NCBI RefSeq assembly: GCF_963506605.1
Contig: NC_083289.1
Span: forward strand, 54,064,001 to 54,128,000
From: Zootoca vivipara
Lineage: Eukaryota
Direction: 5' to 3'
Length of the DNA: 64,000 bases
Part shown: one piece after another, positions 10,501-18,950 of the stretch
How positions within the stretch are numbered: the first letter of the stretch is position 1
Layout: each line of letters starts with the position of its first letter
The notes under the pieces: model-generated
Databases searched by the model: none
Told to the model about the DNA's origin: nothing
The model's input: the letters and a program-made list of their open reading frames with translations, nothing else
Translations under genes and position numbers: made by a program

Positions 10501-11905
10501 CCTCCATAGCCGCGCGCCTCCAGCTACAAACTCCAGGTAGAAAGCCCACTCCTGAGCTACAAACTCCTGAATAGGCTTTTTACCTGGAGTTTGTAGCTGG
10601 AGGCGCGGGGCTTTGGAGGCGCCGGGGGGGCAGCGATACCCCGCCACGTAGCGACGCATGCGTTGTTATGTAGCGACCCCCCCCCCCGGTGCATGGCAAT
10701 TTGCCGCCCTGGGTGCCGCAGCGGCTCGCTACGCCGCTGAGCGAGCTGAGTGAAGCAAAGGGCTGCAGTGGGTTGAGGCCCGTTGCCTTCTGCATGGACT
10801 GCAAATGAGGTATGAAAAAGGCCAGGCTGTTACACAAAACTAATTCAATCCTATGTTGGAGGTGCAAACAGGGGGAGGGGACAATGGGGTGGGGCTGTGA
10901 AAAAAGTAAGAACTTTTGGGATATTGTATATGAGGAACTTAAAAAAATGTTTAAACAAACATTTGCGGAAAAAACCGGAAGCCTTTCTTCCAGACATTCT
11001 GACAACTGATATTCCAGATGACAAGAGGAGGGTTTTCTTACATGCAACAACAGCAGCAAGAATGTTGATTGCCAAAAACTAGAAGGGAGATAAAATTACA
11101 ACGAAGAAAGAACGGCAAATCAAATTATGTGAACACTTAGAACTAGCAAATATGACAGAGGCAATCAGGAACCAAACAATCCAAAAATTCAAAACTGAAT
11201 GGGAGTGTTACAGAGTATATTTAGAAGAACAGCATTCCCAAACCAAAATTCTTAACATGCCGTGATTAACTTTCGCAAATTAGATAACAGGCAGATAATG
11301 TACGTCATGTAAGAGCAATGAGCTAAACTGCGAAAAGGTGAAAAAGGACACAGTTAAAAAGAAAGAATGAAGGGTCCGTGGAGAGAAGTCATTTTTGAAG
11401 TATGAACGTAGAAGTGTTACTTGATGTTGAGCTATTATGATTTTCCTTTATGTATGTTATTGTGTTTTGAGTAATGAATAGAAATAACAGCAGTTCTAAC
11501 AAGCAAAGTTAATAAAGAATGTATCTATATACAGTGGTACCTTGGTTTGCAACCGTTTTGAATTACAACCACGTCAAACCCTGAAGTGTGTGTCCCTTAC
11601 AACCCCCTTTTTTTTATTGCAACCCTTTGGGGGGGGGCATTGGCGAAAGCGTGCCTTGGGTTATAACCTGTTTTGGTTTACAACTGGACCTCCAGAACGG
11701 ATTACGGTTATAAACCAAGGTATCACTTTAAAAGAGAAAGGCCAGGCGGGGAGAAACCGCCTCCGGCCACCAGGCGGCAGCACCTGACCTGATGAGAATG
11801 AGCCTGCCATTGGCTTCCGCCTCGTCAAAAGCCTTGAGCCAGCAAGTCTGGATGTGCAGCAGCTGTAGATCAGTCAGAGGCACCAGGGGCTCCAGGATGG
11901 GCAGC
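7395..11905 (-). CDS. GBY: Globin Y core exons; no ATG in this span
   Basis: Minus-strand exons 11905-11789 ([39 protein letters not shown], phase 2), 9103-8881 (223 nt; [74 protein letters not shown]) and 7538-7395 ([47 protein letters not shown]). Introns at canonical globin positions; CD1 Phe, E7 His and F8 His present. FKNIP.EG...[11 protein letters not shown] is GbY-like, and the position 3' of alpha-globin matches known GbY synteny. Confidence 0.9.
7551..7584. repeat. (TTA)n microsatellite abutting the GbY last-exon acceptor
   Basis: About 11 TTA units, ending 10 nt from the AG at 7540-7539. Confidence 0.95.
8541..8588. repeat. Compound (GTT)n(ATT)n microsatellite
   Basis: Read directly from the sequence. 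Confidence 0.95.
10049..10748. mobile_element. CpG-rich non-autonomous hAT-like DNA transposon with internal tandem and inverted repeats
   Basis: CAG...CTG termini and 8-bp TSD AGTGAAGC (10041-10048, 10749-10756). Internal hairpin at ~10127-10210. Repeated CCTCCAGCTACAAACTCCAGGTAGAA units in both orientations. Confidence 0.75.
10790..11520 (+). mobile_element. L1/Tx1-type LINE 3' fragment
   Basis: ORF2 C-terminal Cys motif [10 protein letters not shown]...[10 protein letters not shown] and [13 protein letters not shown], frameshifted. AT-rich 3'UTR ending in AATAAA. Confidence 0.75.
11532..11728. mobile_element. Tc1/mariner (Tigger-like) MITE
   Basis: TA|CAGTGGTACCTTGGTTT...AAACCAAGGTATCACTT|TA inverted termini. 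Confidence 0.75.
11765..11783 (+). promoter_or_regulatory. Candidate CTCF site
   Basis: GGCCACCAGGCGGCAGCAC resembles the CTCF core CCASYAGRKGGCRS with one mismatch. Motif match only. Confidence 0.5.
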
Positions 11906-12299
11906 CTGGGGAGGGGAGAAGAAGGAGGCAGGTGAGCTGGGCCTCAGGACCTTGGAGAGCTCAGGCTTGGAGGCCAGCAAGCAGCATCCCCTGGGGCCCA
12001 GAGGGAGAGAGAGCCCCTGGTTCCATCTGCAGTTCCAGGTGGGGCTCAGGCCCCGTTAGGTAGGGGCCCCCGAATCGGGCTTGGTGGTGCTGATGGAGGA
12101 CCTTTGCGGCAAGGAGGGCAGTGGGATTGTGCGCCTAAGATTCTCCCGCTTTGTCCATTTGACTTTCATCCGGAGTTTGTGCAGAGCAGTAGAAATATTA
12201 TCGATACGCCAAACCCACGTCAAGGGACAGTCATTGAGAGCCCCAACTCCTTTTGAATTATTGTTGGGATTGGCTAGGAAGGCAGAACAGGGTGGGGAG

Positions 12300-13730
12300 T
12301 CCAGACTCTAAAGTATGCTAATCCTAGTGGATATGGCTACAGCAGGTGGCTTCAGGTAGATGTGGGAAGCTGATTGGCAGATGACTATCAGCAAGGAGGT
12401 GTGGACCTCAATGTGCAGGAGGGAATTTCCTTTTAAATCAGTCTTGGCCCTTACTCGCTCCTCCTACTCGCCTGGAGGAGACTGAGAGGAGATATTAGTG
12501 CCACCTTCAAGTATCTGAAGGCCTGTCGCACGGAAGAGGAAGCAAACTTGTTTTCTCCTGGTCTGGAGGGTAGGACTTGAACCCATGGCTTCAAGTTACA
12601 TACAAGAAAGGAGATTCTGACTCAACATCAGGAAGGCCTGACAGTAAGAGGGTAGCAGGGCCCAGAGCTGTTCAGCAGGGGAACTGTCTCCCTCAGGAGG
12701 TTGCAGAGTCCCCTTCCTTGGAGGTTTTAAAGCAGAGGTTGAATGGCCACCTGTCATGGATGCTTGAGCTGAGATTCCTGCATTGCAGGGGGTTGGGCTA
12801 GGTGACCCTTGGGGGTACCTTTCAATTCTGATTCTATGGCCAAACTGCTGGAGTATCTCAGGTTCTAACCAAACCATGTGGTGGACGTGTGGGAAAGTGG
12901 CTCAGTTCTGGGCGGAAGTATTTGTCCAAATAGAAGCAACTACTGGACAAATGCCTCTAAATGCCTGGAGCTGGCTCTCTGCAATCTTTTTACAGGAGGG
13001 AGTATTAACTTACAGCTTCACCCTTTAGTAAACCTTTTTCGAGCTGCCAGGCTCATAAGAACAAGATACGGGAAGAACTTCAAGGAGGTTTCTCTGACAA
13101 ATTGGTCCAATTAAGTATGCCAAACTGAACTTGTGGAATTATAAAGCAATAAAATAAAATTGCTACAAGGCTCGAGGCACAAAGATTCTCTTGCTGCTGA
13201 TTGGCTCAGCTTTATTATGCGCATGGTTAAATATAAACTTCCTTCACATTGCAAAACATTTTGGTTTCCTTAAACAGTTTTTTGCCTGCTGTACAAACAG
13301 AAGTTTTTTTTGGATAAGAACTTACTATGCTCTTTGGTTCTTATTCTGCATCATGTGCTTTCTAAACCCCAGCTTCAGGGTTGGGCTGAGATATTTAATG
13401 ATTTATCTATATGACGTCTTTATATGTTGAAATAATTAAATACAAATTAGTTTAAAAGTGGGGACTTTTAAAAAGAACTTGCACACGCTGCACAGTTGCT
13501 CTGTGGACTTTGCTCCCACAAGATGTATTAATGGCCAGCAGCTTGGACAGCTTTAAGAGGGATGGGAAAATTAATGGAAGATTGCCACTGCAGCTAGTGG
13601 CCATTGATTATGTTCTACTTCCACAACTGGAGGTCATTTGTCTCAGTTTTGCACTCAGGTCCTGCTGCCGGACTTCCCTTTTGAGGCATCTGGTCGGCCG
13701 CTGTGAGAACAGGAGGCTGGACTAGGAAGG
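12300..13730 (+). mobile_element. Degenerate L1 3' fragment with a nested CR1 3' fragment (~12470-12838) and a further old CR1 fragment (~13480-13730)
   Basis: CR1 peptide LPQEVAESPSLEVLKQRLNGHL with an ATTCTGATTCTATG tail. L1-like CWSISGSNQTMWWTCGKVAQFW. LPQDVLMASSLDSFKR in the second CR1 piece. Confidence 0.6.
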
Positions 13731-13887
13731 CCTTTTCTTTGCGCTTCCAGATTATTGGCACTTAGGAGGGCATTGTGAAAACTTAAAACTGTGTTACGAG
13801 CTGTATTGTAACACATCTATGGCACGGCCACACGTGGAACGCTTTACTTATCACAGTTCTCTTTATTCTACTTTCCGGGATGTAATT

Positions 13888-14137
13888 CAGGGGCCAGCAA
13901 ACTTTTTCAGCAGGGGGGCGTTCCACCGTCCCTCAGACCTTGTGGGGGGCGGACGGACTATATTTTGAAAAAAATAAATAAAATATGAACGAATTCCTAT
14001 GCCCCACCAATAACCCAGAGATGCATTGGAAATAAAAGCACACATTCTACTCACGTAAAAACACACTGATTCCTGGACCGTATTTAGAAGGCCATTGGGC
14101 TGGCTCTGGCTCCCGGGCCTGAGTTTAACTACCCATG
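13888..14137. mobile_element. hAT-type MITE (same family as 51209-51675 and 44118-44335)
   Basis: Start CAGGGGCCAGCAAACTTTTTCAGCAGGGGG is shared with the copy at 51209. Degenerate end and TSD. Confidence 0.7.
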
Positions 14138-14343
14138 ATGTAGTGCATACAGTTCTGGTTATTACCTAAAAAATATTTTAAGAGCTGGGAAAAGCGCAGG
14201 AGAGGGCAATGGAGACGATCAGTGGTTGGAGGAGCAAGTTCCCCAAAAGGAAAGGGAACAATTTGATTGCCGTCAGGCTGAGACAGCCCAACAGGAACCA
14301 CAGCCCTACAGTTGCAGAGCAGAGGCCAGGGGTGGGGAGTAGG

Positions 14344-14906
14344 TGTGGCGAAAAAGTTGGTTTTGCTGGACAGGTTGGTTCAACAAGAGTTTCTTTTTTC
14401 TTTCTTTCCCTGCCAGCAAATGGTTCAGAAAAGGCAGCTTCTGATTGGCTGTGGTTCCGGGAGGGAGAGTTTAAAAGCAGAGGATTTGAAGAGAGACAGG
14501 GAGGTGCAGTTGGAATTGAGGGTGGAGAGGTTGGGAGACAGGTTGAGGTAAAAAGAGGGAAAGGTTGCGAACAAACAAAAAAGAATTTCCACCAGATATT
14601 TTGGGACTCCAATTCCCATCATCTCTGACCACTGGTCCTGTTAGCTAGGGATGGTGGGAGTTGTAGTCCCAAAACATCTGGAGGGCAAAGTTTGGCTATG
14701 CCTATTATAAAAAAAAAGGAACCAACTTATAACGCAACCAAAAACAACTGAGGATGAGTTAAATAGCATTGTATTCCTGAAGTAACCTAAGTTTTTTTAC
14801 TTGTGTTATATACTATCTTGCCTTAAACAAATCTTTATTGTTTATTTAAAGAAAACCCACCTGAGACTCCAACTGGCTAGTTATCCCCTCACAACGGTCC
14901 CCCACA
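14344..14906 (+). mobile_element. Possible solo LTR, with a partial hAT MITE at ~14595-14703
   Basis: TG...CA-like ends and the LTR-like promoter string CTGATTGGCTG...TTTAAAAGCAGAGG. No clean TSD found. Confidence 0.3.
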
Positions 14907-15018
14907 GGATAATATGGGTTAGAATTTGAAGAGAAAAAACCTTCAGATAAAGGGTTGCTCAGTGAGGTGGGGGCAGATCCGAGAGAGACGGGGGCCAAGG
15001 GCTTGAGAGGAAAAAGTA

Positions 15019-15432
15019 CAGTGGTGCCTCGCTTAACGAACGCCCTGCTTAACGAAATTTCCGCTTAACGAAAGGATTTTTCGAGCGGAGGTTGCTTCGC
15101 TAGACGAATGCGTTTTCGTCTAGCAAATCGCGGTTTCCCATAGGAATGCATTGAAATTCAATTAATGCGTTCCTATGGGCAAAAGTGTTCTCGAAGCTAC
15201 GAACATGAGTTTGACCAAACTGCGGGAGGCAGTGGAAGACAGGAGTGCCTGGCGTCCTCTGGTCCATGGGGTCACGAAGAGTCGGACACGGCTAAACGAC
15301 TCAACAACAACATGGGCAAAAAACAATTCGGAAAAAATGCAAATGCATTCCTATGGGACTCGCTGGACGAATTTTTTCGTTATAAGAAAAGACCCGTGGA
15401 ACGAATTAAATTCGTCTGGCGAGGCTCCACTG
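15019..15432. mobile_element. Tc1/mariner MITE with a nested BovB 3' fragment
   Basis: TA|CAGTGGTGCCTCGC...GCGAGGCTCCACTG|TA. BovB 3' end at 15185-15311 (EATNMSLTKLREAVEDRSAWR, (CAA)n tail) with a 10-bp TSD ATGGGCAAAA (15175-15184, 15312-15321). Confidence 0.88.
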
Positions 15433-15904
15433 TAGCTTGCGGCATCTGTGCTTTAGCTGGCAACTGCCTTGAACGTCGCTCATCATGGCTTGGAGTTACT
15501 CATAAAGTCTACCTCTAGGGTCCTCTTGTATGATGCGTGTCATCCAGGTGGATTTTAATGAATTCAATAGCGCAAAAGGTTACTACGAGTCATGGGGTGT
15601 GTGGCGGATGCCGTGGATTTAAAAAATAGTACATTCATAGAGTTTAGCTTATTTTTTAGTTGCTAACTTGTTAATATTGCTTCATAGATTATAAATGTCT
15701 ATTTGGTGATCGTATGACGTATGCTGCAATTATGCTGTTTAGCTTATTTTTTAGATGCTGGTTTGATAATGGTGCTTTCATGGATTGCAATCACGCTACA
15801 GACCATTTTCTATTGCAGGATTTATGCTGTACTTGTTATTGTTATGTATGTATTGTTTGGGTAGAAAATGGCACCCAGTCGGCAACTTTAGAGTCTGTTG
15901 CGTT

Positions 15905-16876
15905 TATAGAATCATAGAATCATAGAATCATAGAGTTGGAAGAGACCACAAGGGCCATCCAGTCCAACCCCCTGCCAAGCAGGAAACACCATCAAAGCAT
16001 TCCTGACAGATGGCTGTCAAGCCTCTGCTTAAAGACCTCCAAAGAAGGAGACTCCACCACACTCCTTGGCAGCAAATTCCACTGCCGAACAGCTCTTACT
16101 GTCAGGAAGTTCTTCCTAATGTTTAGGTGGAATTTTCCCTCTTGTAGTTTGAATCCGTTGCTCCGTGTCCGCTTCTCTGGAGCAGCAGAAAACAACCTTT
16201 CTCCCTCCTCTATATGACATCCTTTTATATATTTGAACATGGCTATCATATCACCCCTTAACCTTCTCTTCTCCAGGCTAAACATACCCAGCTCCCTAAG
16301 CCGTTCCTCATAAGGCATCGTTTCCAGGCCTTTGACCATTTTGGTTGCCCTCTTCTGGACACGTTCCAGCTTATCAGTATCCTTCTTGAACTGTGGTGCC
16401 CAGAACTGGACACAGTACTCCAGGTGAGGTCTGACCAGAGCAGAATACAGTGGTACTATTACTTCCCTTGATCTAGATCAGGCATGTCAAACCTGCGGCC
16501 CTCCAGATGTTTTGGACTACAATTCCCATCTTCCCCAACCACTGGTCCTGCTAGCTAGGGATCATGGGAGTTGTAGGCCAAAACATCTGGAGGGCTGCAG
16601 GTTTGACATGCCTGATCTAGATGCTATACTCCTATTGATGCAGCCCAGAATTGCATTGGCTTTTTTAGCTGCTGCATCACACTGCTGACTCATGTCAAGT
16701 CTGTGGTCTACCAAGACTCCTAGATCCTTTTCACATGTACTGCTCTCAAGCCAGGTGTCTCCCATCCTGTATTTGTGCCTTTCATTTTTTTTGCCCAAAT
16801 GTAGTACTTTACATTTCTCCTTGTTAAAATTCATCTTGTTTGCTTTGGCCCAGTTGTCTAATCTGTTAAGGTCATT
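15905..16876 (-). mobile_element. Young 5'-truncated CR1 LINE, near-identical to 1335-2990
   Basis: (ATTCTATG)n tail and ORF2 C-terminus [30 protein letters not shown]. Interrupted by a MITE at 16479-16614. Confidence 0.95.
16479..16614. mobile_element. 136-bp hAT MITE
   Basis: TIRs CAGGCATGTCAAACCTGC...GCAGGTTTGACATGCCTG. TSD ATCTAGAT (16471-16478, 16615-16622). Confidence 0.92.
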
Positions 16877-17028
16877 CTGAATTTGCTGCCAGAGTAGCTG
16901 CAAGTTCTTATTTATTACAGAAGAGAGGGAACCTGAACCTGTTTAGAAGAAAGGCAAGCGGCATGGACAGCTTCCCTCTCTTCTGTAATAAATAAGAACT
17001 TGCAGCTACTCTGGCAGCAAATTCAGAA
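16875..17028. repeat. Perfect 57-bp inverted repeat with a 40-bp spacer
   Basis: 16875-16931 is the reverse complement of 16972-17028. Confidence 0.92.
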
Positions 17029-17229
17029 GAGAGGCAAGTTCTTCTTTAGGGAAGTTCTTCCCTGTTTAGGGAAGTTTTTAATGACTGATGTTTTAATATA
17101 TTTTAAATCTTTTGTTGGAGGACTCCCAGAGTGGCTGGGGAAACTACATCGTCATCATCATACTTATTAATTATTATTATTATTATTATTACTTCCTTAG
17201 ACAATGTGCCATTGGTGAGATCTTATCTG

Positions 17230-18950
17230 CACGGGCTCCCTTGGCTTAAAAGGCGATGAGTCCAATCCACGGAGAAGCGCTCTCCGCAGCTCCAGGCAGG
17301 CCGTCTCAATGGAGCCTCCCTGCTCGGGCGCAGTCCCCCTGTCCGGCTCCCTCCCTTCCCGGGCCTGGCTCGGCCCCCGCCCCTACCCCACTCACTCAGG
17401 GGGCGCCCTGCACCAGGAGCGCCCGGGGGAAGCCATGCCTCTGCCACCACCGAACTTTCGACCGACAACGGCCGCGGGGGGCGGTTGGGGGGCGCTTCGC
17501 GAGGCGCGCCGGGGAGACGCTGCCGCTTGCCATATGAGGGGTTTTTTTTTTTGCAAAGCTCCTGTCGAGGGGGGCTCCACCCCCAAAGGGCCATGTGGCC
17601 CAGGGGGCTCCGCGCAAGATGCGCCCGTGCGCCGGCGGGCGGCTTCCCGGCGAGGCTCCCCGTCCCCGTCCCCGTGCGCGGTGCAGCGGTGCCACTGCCA
17701 GGCCCGTCGCTCGTGCCCGTCTCCGGGAGGGTTAGGGGCGGGGCACAGCCCGCAGCGCAGCGGCCGAGGCGCGCGCCCGCAACCGCCTCCCTCCCTCTGT
17801 CCGTCCCTCCCTGGCCCCCCCCCTCGGGTGTCCCCGTGACGTCAGCGCCGGCCCGGGGCCTCGGCGGGCGATGGCGACGCAGGAGGGCGAGAAGGCAGGC
17901 GCTCCGGGCTGAGGCGCGCCTGCTGCTGCCGGCTTCCCCTGGCCCCGGGGGCCGCCGCCGCCACGGCTCCGATGGCGTCCGGCCCGCTCGTGCTGGCGCT
18001 GCTGGTGCTCCTGGCCCCCGCCGCCCCCTCGCCCGCCAAGGAGACGCGGAGCAGCAACGGCGGCGGCCCCGACGGTAAGTAACGGCCGGAGGCAGCGCCA
18101 CTGCCCGGCGGAGCCGCACTGCGGAGCAGCGGGACGGAGTGGCACTCTGCACACGCCTAGAGGACCGCGGCTCCTGCGCCTTCGTGACAGGGTCGCGCCT
18201 GGCAGGGACAGCGGCGCCTCCTGCCCCGCAGCTGCTTGGGGGGATTGGGTGTGTGTGTGTGGACCGTTTCCCTCTTCCTGACCCGACACCTTTGGATGCT
18301 CGCTCGGGTTTGAGCCCGTGGCGGCGGCGGCAGCGGAGGAGGGGCGCAAGGAGGCGAGACGGAGGTCCAGTTCAGCCACGGCGCAGGTGGCCTTGGGTTA
18401 CCTCGGGGAGAGGCCCGCGGGCCGCCCCGTCTTCAGTCTTCCAGCCCCCTTTAGCCCCCTCGCCCGCAGAGAGAAGGCGCTTGTGGGGACCCCAGCAGTC
18501 ATTTGGCTAAAAGGGCCCCCTCCCGGCCAGTCCCTGTTGGAGGTGACCCCTTCCTCGGGTTGCCTGGGGGGGAGGGGCGCCGTGTTTTCGTCTCTTATTT
18601 GGGGGAACGGATGGTTCGTCCGGTTCTCGCTTGGCGCGGGGGGGGGGCGGGGCGGTGCCGCGATGGAAAAGTGCCGCTGCCAGGCTGGGGCGGCGCCCGG
18701 GTCACGGAGTCCTTGCTTTGCCCGGGGAGGCCGGTGGCGCAACGCCCGGTTCCCAGTTACCCGCAGGGCAACCTTTGCCTTTGCAGCGAGTTGCGCGGGC
18801 GGCGGGGCGGGACGTTGGTTGAGCATCACTTGGGCGCGTGGAAAGCGGCGGAGGGGGTCTCTCTCCTCGCCGGAAGAGCGGCGGATGGCTGGACCGGTCA
18901 GGCAGGCTCCCTCCCTCCCGCCCGACGGGTCAGCCGGCTTGTCCGCATTC
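17230..18950. promoter_or_regulatory. CpG island / PGAP6 promoter, probably bidirectional
   Basis: Very high CpG and GC content. GC box GGGGCGGGGC at 17735-17744 and perfect palindromic CRE TGACGTCA at 17837-17844. No TATA box. Confidence 0.85.
17396..17436 (-). CDS. Candidate first coding exon of globin Y (MASPGRSWCRAPP-E)
   Basis: Minus strand GAGGC ATG G (G at -3 and +4), then 13 codons plus GA, then donor GA|GTGAGT at 17396/17395. Phase 2 matches the acceptor at 11905 (GA|G = Glu). No transcript evidence available. Confidence 0.55.

Noticed and set aside
10300-10680. Repeat units resembling a CRISPR-like array
   Set aside because: Vertebrate DNA; the units are in mixed orientation, lack unique spacers and lie within a TSD-flanked transposon.
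7395-11905. Calling GbY a pseudogene, or calling it cytoglobin or myoglobin
   Set aside because: There are no stops or frameshifts, and splice sites, heme ligands and the polyA signal are intact. Motifs and position next to alpha-globin fit GbY.
11941-12030. Nearby minus-strand ATGs (~11987, ~12026) as the GbY start
   Set aside because: Both are out of frame with GbY and hit TGA before the exon; the GbY frame has its own TGA at 11946-11944.
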